Assembly (NCBI GenBank): GCA_043825875.1
Contig: JBDRRF010000083.1
Span: 1 to 64,000 of the forward strand
Source: Pseudomonadota bacterium
Lineage (GTDB): Bacteria; Desulfobacterota; Desulfobacteria; Desulfobacterales; RPRI01
Reading direction: 5' to 3'
Length of the DNA stretch: 64,000 bases
Shown here: positions 24,995 through 36,024 of the stretch, one piece after another
Position numbering within the stretch: position 1 is the first letter of the stretch
Layout: each line of letters starts with the position of its first letter
Position numbers and translations under genes: made by a program
Notes under the pieces: model-generated
Told to the model about the DNA's origin: nothing
The model's input: only the letters and a program-made list of their open reading frames with translations
Database searches by the model: none

Positions 24995-26179
24995 ATGAGT
25001 AATATATCACTTTCCGGAAATTTAAATTTTCTTAATCTTGGAGAATTATTCCAGATTTTTGGAACCAACTCAAGCACAGGTGTTTTAAAGATTAAGAGTA
25101 AATATTCTTCCGACCCGGGATTAATGTATTTTGTAAAAGGAAATGTTGTTGATGCTTCTGCAGGAACAAAACGTGGTGTTGATGCCGCATATGCTCTTTT
25201 TGGATGGGTTGACGGTGACTATGAATTTTACCAGGAAGAAGTAAATGTAAAAAATGTCGTTAAAAAAAGCAGAATGGAAATAACCTTAGATGCTTTAAGA
25301 CTGCTTGATGACGGCCAGATAGAAAAACTCGGTCCTGTTTCTTTCGAAAAAAAACCTCCAGGAAGCTCTGATAAACAATCTGCCATTCCTGTTATCAGAG
25401 GCCCACTCGTTGATTATGCCTATGTTGTTGACGAAGAAGAACATTTTGATGGCAACAAAATAGTTGAAGAAGGCAAATACGGCAACTGGATATGGACAGT
25501 ATTAGAAGGAACGGTTGAAATAATTAAAGAAACTGATAAAGGTACCGTAAAGATTTTAAGACTTAGCGATGGATCATTTATCGGTAGCATTTCAGCGGTT
25601 ATGCCTGGGGATAGGGTAAGAAATGCTTCAGCAATAGCTGTTGGAACAGTGCAACTCGGCCTGTTGGATTCGCAAAGACTTTACGGTGAGTTTACCAAAT
25701 TATCTTCCGAAATGAAAGAGATAATGAAAAGTCTTGACAATAGATTGCAAACACAAACAACAATGATGATTGATACCTATTTAAATAAAGTAAATGTAAA
25801 AGATATTTTGCAAAATAAAAAAATACTGATTGAACAGGGCTCATCCAATAATAAATGTTATAAAATAACAGAAGGAGAGGTTTTGATAGTCCGCAACACA
25901 AAAAACGGCTATCTTCCAATAGTAAATCTTAGTGCCGGTGATTATATAGGGCAAATTCCCTTCATTAATATTGGTCAGGAACCGCATTCAGCATCGGTTT
26001 TAGGCTCAAAAAACATCAAAGCTACCGCCATTGAAACAGGAAATATTCAAAAAGAATACGATAAACTTTCATTAACCTTTAAAAATATCCTGGAAAATAT
26101 CGGATCATGTATCTCTGCTACAACAATGGTTGCAAGTGAACTGCACAGAAAATCATCAGCAGCATCATCATCATCATAA
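24995..26179 (+). CDS. DUF4388 plus cyclic-nucleotide-binding domain protein
   Basis: N-terminal LSGNL..L.LGELFQ (DUF4388/PATAN-like); two cNMP-like folds (IVEEG...GTVEI...RNASA; LIEQG...GEVLI...HSASV). Confidence 0.75.
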   Translation: MSNISLSGNLNFLNLGELFQIFGTNSSTGVLKIKSKYSSDPGLMYFVKGNVVDASAGTKRGVDAAYALFGWVDGDYEFYQEEVNVKNVVKKSRMEITLDALRLLDDGQIEKLGPVSFEKKPPGSSDKQSAIPVIRGPLVDYAYVVDEEEHFDGNKIVEEGKYGNWIWTVLEGTVEIIKETDKGTVKILRLSDGSFIGSISAVMPGDRVRNASAIAVGTVQLGLLDSQRLYGEFTKLSSEMKEIMKSLDNRLQTQTTMMIDTYLNKVNVKDILQNKKILIEQGSSNNKCYKITEGEVLIVRNTKNGYLPIVNLSAGDYIGQIPFINIGQEPHSASVLGSKNIKATAIETGNIQKEYDKLSLTFKNILENIGSCISATTMVASELHRKSSAASSSS

Positions 26180-26228
26180 TATGTTATATTCATAAATCGC
26201 AGTGCATTATATCCCAAAGGCAAATACC

Positions 26229-26585
26229 ATGACAGAAAACAAGAGAAAACACTCAAGATTTAATTCGCTTAACTTATTGCATATAGAAGTTTATGAAAAT
26301 GATTTACTAGTAAAACAAGGGACAGGCAGGACTATTAATGTTTCGGAATCAGGGATTCTTCTTGAAACACATTTTTTGGTTAAAACCGAAAGCACTGTTT
26401 TGGTGTCTATTGCTCTGAAAGAATCTTTGGTGGAAATTAAAGGCAAAGTAATTCATACAATACAAGACAGCAAAGACATATATAAACTAGGTATTAAATT
26501 TAATCCAATTACTAAACCTGACCTTAAAATTTTAAAAGGATATATTGATAATTTTACAGCAGAAAAGAATGAAAAGGAAATTTAA
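26229..26585 (+). CDS. PilZ domain protein
   Basis: RKHSR (RxxxR) and NVSESG (D/NxSxxG) motifs; LGIKF. Confidence 0.85.
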   Translation: MTENKRKHSRFNSLNLLHIEVYENDLLVKQGTGRTINVSESGILLETHFLVKTESTVLVSIALKESLVEIKGKVIHTIQDSKDIYKLGIKFNPITKPDLKILKGYIDNFTAEKNEKEI

Positions 26586-27476
26586 ATGACGCAAGCAATA
26601 TGTGAAACTGATTTTGAAGATATTAAACTTATTAAAAGAGGAAAAGTAAGAGATATTTATGATCTTGATGATAAACTTTTAATGGTTGCTACAGACAGAA
26701 TTTCTGCTTTTGATGTAGTAATGCCCGACCCTATACCTGATAAAGGAAAAATTCTTTCGAAAATATCCTTGTTCTGGTTTGATATGATGAAATCCGTAGT
26801 TAAAAATCATGTTATTTCAGGAAATGTTAATGATTATCCTTCAAAATGCAGGCAATATGCTGACATCTTAAACCAAAGAAGCATGCTTGTAAAAAAAACA
26901 GACCCACTTCCTATTGAATGTGTTGTAAGAGGATATTTATCAGGATCAGGATGGAATTCTTATAAAGAAAATGGAGAAATTTGCGGGATAAAACTTCCAA
27001 AAGGTTTGAAAGAATCTGATAAGCTGCCTGAACCAATTTTTACTCCTTCAACAAAAGAAGAAGTAGGCTTTCATGATATAAATATAGATTTTGATGAAAC
27101 TGTCAAAAGAATAGGAAAAGATCTGGCTGAAACTATAAAAAAATTAAGTATTGAAATATATAATAAAGGGGCACAATTCGCACTCCAAAAAGGTATTATA
27201 ATTGCTGATACAAAATTTGAATTCGGACTTCTTGAAAATGAAATTATTATAATAGATGAAATTCTTACTCCGGATTCATCAAGATTCTGGCCGGAAAATT
27301 CTTATAAACCGGGAGGTCCTCAATCAAGTTTTGATAAACAATATTTAAGAGATTATCTCTCTTCAATCAAGTGGGATAAGAATCCACCTGCGCCTTCTCT
27401 TCCAAAAAATGTTATTGATGACACCCGCAGCAAATACATGGAAGCATTGAAACGTCTTAGCGGCACTGAATTATGA
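26586..27476 (+). CDS. purC: SAICAR synthetase
   Basis: [24 protein letters not shown] and [12 protein letters not shown] motifs. Confidence 0.97.
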   Translation: MTQAICETDFEDIKLIKRGKVRDIYDLDDKLLMVATDRISAFDVVMPDPIPDKGKILSKISLFWFDMMKSVVKNHVISGNVNDYPSKCRQYADILNQRSMLVKKTDPLPIECVVRGYLSGSGWNSYKENGEICGIKLPKGLKESDKLPEPIFTPSTKEEVGFHDINIDFDETVKRIGKDLAETIKKLSIEIYNKGAQFALQKGIIIADTKFEFGLLENEIIIIDEILTPDSSRFWPENSYKPGGPQSSFDKQYLRDYLSSIKWDKNPPAPSLPKNVIDDTRSKYMEALKRLSGTEL

Positions 27477-28435
27477 TATGGAAAGAAGAACTTGTCTTTT
27501 TATCTTCTATTTTATTAGAAGATGACACTTTTAAAATAACAACAGAAGAAAACATAGATGCCCTTGCCCGTTCAATTAATAACGACGGGCTTATCAACCC
27601 GCCAATACTGCTTATAAATAATTCCAGACATTCCATTATAAGCGGTTTCAGGCGAATTAAGGCAATACAAAGTCTTGGAAAGTCAGATTTAGTTGCGAGA
27701 GTGCTTTGCAAAAACAATACTTCTCTTGAATATGTCAAGATCGCTATAAGTGATAATTCATTTCAAAGGCAATTAAATTTAATTGAAATATCGAAATGCT
27801 ATAAAATGCTTTCAAGCTATTTTGAAGAAAAAGCTTTGCCTGAAGCTGCTTTTTCACTTGGCCTTCCTGACAATCCTGTTTTGATTAATAAAATTATAAA
27901 GCTTTGCGATTTACCGGTTATAATACAGAAATATATTCTTTCTGATACACTTTCTCTGGCAATGGCTCTTGAACTTACAAATCCGGAATATAATCAAACA
28001 GGAACCGATATTGCCATTATTTTCGATCAATTAAAGCTTAGCCTTAATAAGCAAAGAGAGTTTCTTGCGCTTTGTTATGAAATCGCCGTAAATGAAAATA
28101 TCACTATTGCAGATTTGTTAAAAGAAGATGATTTAAGTAATATTTTATACGATAAAAATATTGATAGAAATCAAAAAACACGTTTAATTAGAAATTACCT
28201 TAAAAAAAGACGTTTCCCAACTCTTATACAGTTTGAAACTGAATTTGAAAACAATTTAAAAAAACTTAATCTTATTGAAGGAATCAAGCTGATACCACCT
28301 CCTAATTTCGAAGGCAGTTCTTTTCATATAAACATGGAGTTTAAAAAAACCACGGACCTGAATGAACAAACTAAATATCTTAATAAACTGATAGGCAATC
28401 CGGTATTACAAAAAATACTTTCAAAAGAAATTTAA
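27473..28435 (+). CDS. ParB/Srx N-terminal domain protein
   Basis: LARSI...GLINPP and [10 protein letters not shown] motifs; ATGA overlap with purC. Confidence 0.75.
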   Translation: MIWKEELVFLSSILLEDDTFKITTEENIDALARSINNDGLINPPILLINNSRHSIISGFRRIKAIQSLGKSDLVARVLCKNNTSLEYVKIAISDNSFQRQLNLIEISKCYKMLSSYFEEKALPEAAFSLGLPDNPVLINKIIKLCDLPVIIQKYILSDTLSLAMALELTNPEYNQTGTDIAIIFDQLKLSLNKQREFLALCYEIAVNENITIADLLKEDDLSNILYDKNIDRNQKTRLIRNYLKKRRFPTLIQFETEFENNLKKLNLIEGIKLIPPPNFEGSSFHINMEFKKTTDLNEQTKYLNKLIGNPVLQKILSKEI

Positions 28436-28445
28436 GTGGGTATAT

Positions 28446-28805
28446 ATGTTAAGTATCGAAGAGATTAGAAATGATCAGGAATTGTTGGACAACATCAACT
28501 GGGAAATGACTCCTGAAGAAGCCGTAAGGCTTTATCTGGAATGGGGCAATAACTGGACACGGGGTAATTATGTAATCCGGGGCAAAGAGGATGTTTCATT
28601 CTATTTTGTAGTAAATACCTGGGGAAAAGAGCCGATAGTGTATCTTATACGCAGAAATTCGGATGAAGCAACAGAACTTGCCGAAATAAAATTGCCGGAT
28701 AAAGTTAAAGAACTCTTCTTAGACTCCATAGGAAATAATAAAGGTGTTTATTCAATTGAAGGCGATGTAAAAGAATGGTTAGAAAAAGAACTTCTTGGCA
28801 ATTAA
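28446..28805 (+). CDS. DVU0772-family protein
   Basis: INWEMTPEEAVRLYLEWGNNW motif. Confidence 0.7.
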   Translation: MLSIEEIRNDQELLDNINWEMTPEEAVRLYLEWGNNWTRGNYVIRGKEDVSFYFVVNTWGKEPIVYLIRRNSDEATELAEIKLPDKVKELFLDSIGNNKGVYSIEGDVKEWLEKELLGN

Positions 28806-28867
28806 TTTACATAGTACTTTTCATAAATTAATTGCCGTTTGGTTGAAAAACACATGAGAATCATACT

Positions 28868-29347
28868 TTATTTGTTTTTTTCTCTTTTTCTTTCTGCAAG
28901 CCGCATTTCTCTTCTGGACACAGCCTCCCTGTTTCTCCGGGTTTCTTCTTCGTTTTCAAGAATAAGCGGGGGAACGTGGGCAGGATTTCCTTTCTGATCT
29001 AAAGCAACATATGTTAGATAAGCCAGTGCCGTTGTCCTGGTTTCACCAGTAATATAATTTTGGGCTTCCACCTTTACACCTATTTCCATAGAAGTTTTGC
29101 CTACCATATTAACACTGGCTTTCAAGATTAATAAATCTCCTATATATACCGGGCTGATAAAATCCAGACGGTCAATTGAAGCTGTAACAACATTGCATTG
29201 CGCATGCCTGGTGGCAACAATTCCTGCGGTGGAATCAATATGCTTCATTACCACCCCACCATGCACATTTCCGGCAAAGTTAGCATCAAGATGTGTCATT
29301 TGCTGAATAGTTGTAACCTGGCTGTCTTTTATCTTTTTTCCTTCCAA
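28868..29347 (-). CDS. Acyl-CoA thioesterase (hotdog fold)
   Basis: ANFAGNVHGG, VVTASID.LDF and GKTSMEIGV motifs. Confidence 0.92.
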   Translation of the reverse strand: MEGKKIKDSQVTTIQQMTHLDANFAGNVHGGVVMKHIDSTAGIVATRHAQCNVVTASIDRLDFISPVYIGDLLILKASVNMVGKTSMEIGVKVEAQNYITGETRTTALAYLTYVALDQKGNPAHVPPLILENEEETRRNREAVSRREMRLAERKREKNK

Positions 29348-29654
29348 AATAGCTCCTTTGTATAAGCATCAAGTGATTGTTAGCCTACATATTTTGGATA
29401 TTAATTTACTGTAACCAGTTAAATTTAGCAATAAATATAATTATTTTCCAAAATCTTTTTCTTGCGATATTTAAAATAAATGTTAACGTTAATAATTAAG
29501 TATTCTCAACTTAACCTAAAGTTGATTTTTTATTGAAAGCATTGGGAAACGTGTAAATTTCTATAGTTCAATCGTAAAAACTACCAGCATAACCTATTGA
29601 ATATTTAATGTTTTATAATTTTTCTAACTTAAAACAATAGGAGGGCGCACACTA

Positions 29655-31361
29655 ATGTCCCAAACGCTACCATCAAATGACATCTCCATAGTCCTCGGTG
29701 GAGAAGCCGGCCAGGGTATTCAGACAATTGAGCAGCTTTTAACAAAAATTCTCAAACAAAATAATCTTTATGTTTTTGCAACAAAAGAATACATGTCAAG
29801 AGTCCGGGGTGGAACAAATACTACCAGTATTCGTGTTGGCTCACATCCTCTACAAGCTCCTATTGACAGGATCGATCTTATTATACCTTTAGACAAACAA
29901 GTGCTTCATAGAGTCCAAAAACGTATCACGGAAAATACAATTATTGTCGGAGACAATGAGGTGCTGAAAAGTAATTTGAAAATCCTTGATATACCTTTAA
30001 GCAAACTCTCAAAAGAACTTGGCAGCGAAATTTATTCAAACAGCATCATACTTGGCATTATACTTTCTTTGCTGAAAACAGACTATCAAATTTTGGAAAA
30101 CTACTTAAGAAAGTATTTTGAAAAAAAAGGCGATAAAGTCGTTGAGCTTAATATCCGGGCTGCCAATCTTGGTTTTGAGCATGGCAGAAAGCTGCGGGAA
30201 AACGGTACGGTTTTGCTTCCGGAATTATCAATATCGGATATTCAAACCGATATAATGATAAACGGTTCCGAGGCAATCGCCATGGGAGCAATCGCGGGCG
30301 GATGCCGCTGTATTACCTCTTATCCAATGACTCCAGGAACAGGGGTAATCACTTTCATGGCTAAAGTTGCCCATGATTTTGAATTAATAGTTGAACAAGC
30401 CGAAGATGAAATTGCAGCCATTAATATGGCAATCGGAGCATGGTATGCCGGTGCAAGGACCATGGTTACAACATCCGGAGGCGGTTTTGCATTAATGACT
30501 GAAGGGTTGAGTTTAGCAGGTATGCTTGAAATCCCGGTTGTTATTCACCTTGCCCAGCGGCCAGGTCCAGCTACAGGACTGCCTACACGTACCGAACAAG
30601 GAGATCTTGAGCTTGCGCTTTATGCCGGACATGGAGAATTTCCAAGAATTATTCTTGCTCCGGGATCTTTAAAAAATGCTTTTTATATTACCCAAAAAGC
30701 ATTTAACCTTGCCGACAAATTTCAGGTTCCTGTTATTATCCTAACTGATCAATATCTTGTAGATACTTATTACAACATACCACCCTTTGATTTAAATCAG
30801 CTTAAAATAGAAAACCATATTATAGAAACAGATGAAAATTATCTTCGATATAAGATTACAGATAACGGCATTTCACCACGCGGCATACCGGGTAAAGGCA
30901 AAGGACTTATAGGGGTAGACAGCGATGAACATGACGAGGCCGGGCACATAACCGAAGATCTGGAATTAAGGATAAAAATGGTAGATAAACGTCTTGCAAA
31001 ACTCTCGCTTATCAAGGAATCTGCAATTCCTGCTCAAATATACGGGCCTTCAAATTCCCGAAAATTTATTATCAGCTGGGGTTCTACAAACCGCATAGTA
31101 AGAGAAGCCATGGTATGCCTTGGCAAAAAAGATATTGCCCATATCGCACTCCAACAAGTTTATCCATTGCCTGAAAATCTGCATCAAGTTCTTTTAACCG
31201 CCAAAAATACGATTATTGTTGAAAACAATGCCACATCACAACTTGGAAAACTGATTTTACGTGAAACCGGAGTTAAGATAAATCATAAGATTTTAAAATA
31301 TAACGGGTTGCCGTTTACTGTTGAAGAACTCACAGATAAAATATCCGAAATAATTTCTTGA
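29655..31361 (+). CDS. 2-oxoacid:ferredoxin oxidoreductase alpha subunit (gamma-alpha fusion)
   Basis: GEAGQGI, YPMTP, QAEDEIAA, TSGGGF and QRPGPATGLPT motifs. Confidence 0.95.
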   Translation: MSQTLPSNDISIVLGGEAGQGIQTIEQLLTKILKQNNLYVFATKEYMSRVRGGTNTTSIRVGSHPLQAPIDRIDLIIPLDKQVLHRVQKRITENTIIVGDNEVLKSNLKILDIPLSKLSKELGSEIYSNSIILGIILSLLKTDYQILENYLRKYFEKKGDKVVELNIRAANLGFEHGRKLRENGTVLLPELSISDIQTDIMINGSEAIAMGAIAGGCRCITSYPMTPGTGVITFMAKVAHDFELIVEQAEDEIAAINMAIGAWYAGARTMVTTSGGGFALMTEGLSLAGMLEIPVVIHLAQRPGPATGLPTRTEQGDLELALYAGHGEFPRIILAPGSLKNAFYITQKAFNLADKFQVPVIILTDQYLVDTYYNIPPFDLNQLKIENHIIETDENYLRYKITDNGISPRGIPGKGKGLIGVDSDEHDEAGHITEDLELRIKMVDKRLAKLSLIKESAIPAQIYGPSNSRKFIISWGSTNRIVREAMVCLGKKDIAHIALQQVYPLPENLHQVLLTAKNTIIVENNATSQLGKLILRETGVKINHKILKYNGLPFTVEELTDKISEIIS

Positions 31362-31374
31362 GAAAGGATAAGAA

Positions 31375-32229
31375 ATGAACTTTGATATAGAAGAAACAAA
31401 TATAGCATGGTGCCCCGGCTGCGGTAATTTTGGGATACTTAATGCCTTAAAAAGCACTCTTAACGAATTGGATATAAATCCTCAAAACCTGGTTCTGGTA
31501 TCAGGCATTGGGCAAGCAGCAAAAACCCCACATTATCTTCGAACAAACTTCTTTAACGGTCTTCATGGAAGGGCTTTACCACCGGCAACGATGATTAAAG
31601 CGGCAAATCCCGACCTGCACGTCATTATTACAAGTGGCGATGGTGATATGTACGGTGAGGGCGGTAATCATTTTATACATGCTATACGAAGAAATCCTGA
31701 TATTACAGTAATCGTACACAACAATATGGTTTACGGCCTTACAAAAGGCCAGGCTTCACCTACCAGCCAACTCGGGTTTGTGACTTCTATCCAGGTTGAC
31801 GGTGTATTTGAGGAACCTTTCAATCCATTGGCTGTTGCTGTATCCTTAAACGCTTCTTTTGTTGCCAGGACATCTATTCACAATCAGGATTTAAGCAAAA
31901 ATATTTTTAAACAGGCAATACAGCATAAAGGGTTTGCACTTGTTGACACCTTCACGCCTTGTGTATCCTTTAATAAGATTAATACATGGAAATGGTATGA
32001 AGAAAACACATATGTTATAGATGATAACTACGATCCGACAAACAGGGATTTCGCTTTTGCTAAAGCATGTGAATCATCTCCATGGCCACTTGGAATTATT
32101 TATAAAAGTAAGACAAAACCAAGTTTTGAAGAAAATCTTTATGCTTATAAAAAAAACAATGCGCCTTTCATCAACCGGGAAGTACAGTGGGATAAATTAA
32201 AAGCATTAATTGAAAGCAAAAGCATGTAA
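31375..32229 (+). CDS. 2-oxoacid:ferredoxin oxidoreductase beta subunit
   Basis: [13 protein letters not shown] (TPP motif) and [11 protein letters not shown]. Confidence 0.95.
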   Translation: MNFDIEETNIAWCPGCGNFGILNALKSTLNELDINPQNLVLVSGIGQAAKTPHYLRTNFFNGLHGRALPPATMIKAANPDLHVIITSGDGDMYGEGGNHFIHAIRRNPDITVIVHNNMVYGLTKGQASPTSQLGFVTSIQVDGVFEEPFNPLAVAVSLNASFVARTSIHNQDLSKNIFKQAIQHKGFALVDTFTPCVSFNKINTWKWYEENTYVIDDNYDPTNRDFAFAKACESSPWPLGIIYKSKTKPSFEENLYAYKKNNAPFINREVQWDKLKALIESKSM

Positions 32230-32246
32230 ATTGAAATGTAAATATA

Positions 32247-33611
32247 TTAACGCAAATGTTTCAGATAATAAGTTGCCATGCTTAGATATATGAGAAGGCC
32301 AAAAACATCATTTGATGTTGTTATAAAAGGACCGGTTGCAATAGCCGGATCAATTTTTAATTTGTTAAGTGCATAAGGTATAACTGCACCAAATAAAGTA
32401 GAATTTACAATTACAAACAGCATGGAAATGCCTATAATAGCTCCAAGAAATAGAGGCTTTTCTATATTAGGCCATACCTGAATCACAAGCACCAGTAAGG
32501 TTCCGATAGATAAACCATTTAATAATGCAACACGAAATTCCCGAAAAAAGTTAGATCGCAAACTGGTGCCGCTTTCACCTAAAGCCATGCTACGCACTAC
32601 TGTAGTACTTGATTGAATTCCGGCGTTACCGCCCATTGCCATAATTACGGGAATAAAAAAGGTAAGTGCGGCAATTTCCATAAGTGAAACCTCAAAACGG
32701 CTAAGAACCATAGCAGCCATTAATTCTCCGACAAAAGCAACAATGAGCCATGGCAATCTGTTTTTTGTAATACGAAAAGTTGATGTTTCCTGCGAAAATT
32801 CCTGGTATGTAATACCGGCCATATGGTGGATATCTTCATCTGCTTCTTCATGAAGTACATCTACAATATCATCAACTGTAATACGACCAATAAGCCTCTT
32901 ATGCTTGTCTATAACCGGAACAGCAGATAAATTATATTTTCTTACTACATTTGCAACTTCTTGCTGATCCATATCAACACCTACGGAAATAACGTCGGTG
33001 TGCATTATGTCCTTGATAACGCGCTTTGGATTCCTGAGGAACAAACTCTTCATAGGAACCACACCAACTAAGCGGTTTGCTCTGTCCACAGCATAGATGT
33101 AAAATATTTCATCAACCTCTTCAGCACGGGTCCTGATCTCGCGAATGGCATCATCAACTATCTGATCTTCATAAACGGCAATATACTCAAGCGCCATGAT
33201 ACCACCGGCGCTGTCTTCATCATGTACCAACAGTTTTTCGACTTCAGCCCTATCTTGCGGTTCAATATTGGCAAGTACTTGTTCTTGAACCTTTTCGGGA
33301 AGTTCAGCTACAATATCTGCGGCATCATCGGAATCCATTTCATCGACAATTTCCGACAATCTATCAGTTTTCAGATCACTAACTATGTCAAGACGTGTTA
33401 CCTCATCGAGTTCGGTCATAACATATGATGCAGTATCAGCATTCATCAGGCTGAAGAGATAATCACGTTTATCATTTTCCAGCGCCTGTAAAATTTCAGC
33501 CAAGTCAGCAGGATGCGTGTTTTCAACAAGCTCTTTAAGCAATTGCTCATTGTTTTCTTCAATGAAATGCAGAATATTTTCTATTAATTTTTTTCTGTCA
33601 ATTGATTCCAT
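32247..33611 (-). CDS. mgtE: Magnesium transporter MgtE
   Basis: N-domain, CBS pair, RLPWL, MGGNAG.Q and DPAIATGPFITTSND motifs; start may be 33629. Confidence 0.95.
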   Translation of the reverse strand: MESIDRKKLIENILHFIEENNEQLLKELVENTHPADLAEILQALENDKRDYLFSLMNADTASYVMTELDEVTRLDIVSDLKTDRLSEIVDEMDSDDAADIVAELPEKVQEQVLANIEPQDRAEVEKLLVHDEDSAGGIMALEYIAVYEDQIVDDAIREIRTRAEEVDEIFYIYAVDRANRLVGVVPMKSLFLRNPKRVIKDIMHTDVISVGVDMDQQEVANVVRKYNLSAVPVIDKHKRLIGRITVDDIVDVLHEEADEDIHHMAGITYQEFSQETSTFRITKNRLPWLIVAFVGELMAAMVLSRFEVSLMEIAALTFFIPVIMAMGGNAGIQSSTTVVRSMALGESGTSLRSNFFREFRVALLNGLSIGTLLVLVIQVWPNIEKPLFLGAIIGISMLFVIVNSTLFGAVIPYALNKLKIDPAIATGPFITTSNDVFGLLIYLSMATYYLKHLR

Positions 33612-33896
33612 AATTGTCTTAAAAACCAATGCTTCATATTATCTGAAAAACTTAATAAATCGTTAGAATCGATAAACTTCGTTAGAAATTCAAGTTAACG
33701 ATTAAAAAATATAATTTTTTACAAATATATCATTAACCACAGACTTAACAACTACAATTTTGCAATACTATCTAATTTGCATATGGTGCGTTTGAAACGC
33801 TTGATAATAATAATATAAATGAAACAGATATATTTTATAAGTTATATTTTAAAGCCGAACACCCAGAAATTATGAAAGCGCTAATATTTTTTACCT

Positions 33897-34805
33897 CTAA
33901 ACATAACGCCCTTTTTCTTTTCCAAATAAAATACGGCCAAGCTCACGGTGAGTAAAATAAGGATCATCGTTTCTTAAATAAGGCAGGAGAATTTTTTTTT
34001 GTCGAAGCAAATCTCTTGATAACTCGGCAGAAATTATATCCGGTTCATACATTTTAGCCTGAGCTATAACCTGTCCAAACGGATTAAGTATTTCACTTCC
34101 TCCCCAGAATCTGTATGGCTCAGGATCATCGTCAAGAAGTGCATAAGGATAATTAATATCTCTTTTTTCTATAAGGCCTTCTTCTCCGACCCGGTTTGCA
34201 CATATATTATAAATACCGAAAACTCTGGAATAAAACCTGTTGATAATCGACCAAGTTTCAATATTGCTAAAAGCGGTTCCCATTGAACCCTGAGAAGAAT
34301 TGAATATTGTAATAAAAATATCAGCTTTTTGCGTAACACCAAGATATGGAAGGGAAGGATGCCAGAGGTCATTGCATATAAAAACAGCAATAGTAAAATC
34401 ATGTAGTTTAAAAACCGGAATATGCTTTCCAGATGCAAAAAATTTTCTTTCTTCAAAAACGCCATAATTTGGAAGGTTCAGCTTTCTTGAGGCAAAAGCT
34501 ATTTCTCCGTCTATAGCCACCAGAGCTGAATTATAAAAATTCATAGAAGGCGATTCTTCAATAAAACCAATAACTGCAGCTGTACCTTTTGTGGCAGAGG
34601 CTAATTTCATGATTTCTTTGGAATCAAGCCTAAGCGCTACTTTATGATGTCGTTTACCAACAAAATATCCTGTTAACGCAAGTTCCGGAAATACCATAAG
34701 CTGGGCTCCTTGTTCTTTGCCCTGATGAATTTTACCGATAATGTCTTTCAGGTTAGACTTTAGATCCAGAAGTACAGGATTTGTCTGATAAACAGTTACA
34801 TTCAT
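33897..34805 (-). CDS. Nitrilase / carbon-nitrogen hydrolase family amidase
   Basis: Catalytic triad motifs FPELALTGY, RKLNLPNYGVFEE and ICNDLWH. Confidence 0.9.
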   Translation of the reverse strand: MNVTVYQTNPVLLDLKSNLKDIIGKIHQGKEQGAQLMVFPELALTGYFVGKRHHKVALRLDSKEIMKLASATKGTAAVIGFIEESPSMNFYNSALVAIDGEIAFASRKLNLPNYGVFEERKFFASGKHIPVFKLHDFTIAVFICNDLWHPSLPYLGVTQKADIFITIFNSSQGSMGTAFSNIETWSIINRFYSRVFGIYNICANRVGEEGLIEKRDINYPYALLDDDPEPYRFWGGSEILNPFGQVIAQAKMYEPDIISAELSRDLLRQKKILLPYLRNDDPYFTHRELGRILFGKEKGRYV

Positions 34806-34821
34806 TTGTTTTATCCCTTTT

Positions 34822-36000
34822 TTAGTTTAAAAAGCATCTTCCTGTATTTGTAAGGGTATTTTCATCTCTCATATAATTGGCATTGATTCCGTTTCTAATA
34901 ATTGTATTAAGGCCTTCTTCATCATAAGGTTCCAGTTCATAATCAGGGGACTGCTTTGCAGTTGTTTCGCGACATAAATCAATATGTCTTTCTAACTTAG
35001 GTATTGAAAATGAGATCAATTCCTTTAAAAATCCAAAGGAATGCCGCATCTGATGAAAGCCGTATTTTTTCATCATTGCAAAACCGTTAATTGCATCTTC
35101 CTCCGCCCTTTTGCCCGGTTTATCCTCATTGGTAGTGCAGGCAGTCTGGATAGATGGAATATTAAGCATCTTGTTTACTTTTTCTATCAGCAGATTTGCT
35201 ACATTATGTGATATAAGACCAAGATCAACAGCGTAATTTTTCCGGATATTGGCTATGGATGGCAGGCCTGCATGAACAACCATCAGGCCTGGGTTTGCCA
35301 GCTGGGTTAATGTAATTCCAAACAGCGCCTCGGCATGTGTAAGTGTCAGAAGTCCCGACATGGAATAAGGACCGGACAAGCCCGCCATAGGCATGGTCGA
35401 TACATAAATCGGAATACCGCTTTTAACACATGAAAGAAAAGGATCTACCATGCTCTCAATAATATTTAATGGGCTGTTTATAATGGAAAACTGCACTGTG
35501 ATCAATCCTCTTGTATCATGGATTTCTTTGGCACGGGCTATACCTTCATCGGTTAAGGCAGCCACATATATGGGTTTGCGGCAATGCTCGATTATTGTAT
35601 CCATAACTTTTACTTCCTGCTTAACGATAAGCACACCTCTTGCCATAAAATCAACCACATCAGCTTTATCAACAAGCTGGGCTATTTTTACCAGATGTTC
35701 AATTTTTGGCTCAATCAACTCTCCACTGTTATCATCATAAACAAAAGGGGCTGTTCCTCCAACACCGAAAGAATTTTCCGGAATCCAGTACTGATCCCGT
35801 TTAGGAGCAGTATTTAAAGCCTGTTCTACCAGAGGCGAGAGGATATGGATTGTCCCGGAAGATTCATCATAGGCAGCAAGGCCGGTTTCCTCAAATAGCT
35901 GCCTTATTTTAATAGATTCACATTTAACGCCAACTTCTTCCAATACCCGAAGAGCGTCATTATGTATTCTTTCCAGATATGTTTGCTGAATTAATTCCAT
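34822..36000 (-). CDS. Trimethylamine methyltransferase (MttB) superfamily protein, short form
   Basis: RIHNDALRVLEEVGV, TAP, PMAGLSGPYSMSG.L...HAE.LFG...QL.NPG motifs; no in-frame TAG. Confidence 0.78.
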   Translation of the reverse strand: MELIQQTYLERIHNDALRVLEEVGVKCESIKIRQLFEETGLAAYDESSGTIHILSPLVEQALNTAPKRDQYWIPENSFGVGGTAPFVYDDNSGELIEPKIEHLVKIAQLVDKADVVDFMARGVLIVKQEVKVMDTIIEHCRKPIYVAALTDEGIARAKEIHDTRGLITVQFSIINSPLNIIESMVDPFLSCVKSGIPIYVSTMPMAGLSGPYSMSGLLTLTHAEALFGITLTQLANPGLMVVHAGLPSIANIRKNYAVDLGLISHNVANLLIEKVNKMLNIPSIQTACTTNEDKPGKRAEEDAINGFAMMKKYGFHQMRHSFGFLKELISFSIPKLERHIDLCRETTAKQSPDYELEPYDEEGLNTIIRNGINANYMRDENTLTNTGRCFLN

Positions 36001-36024
36001 TTTATTATGATATCCTGCTGTTTA

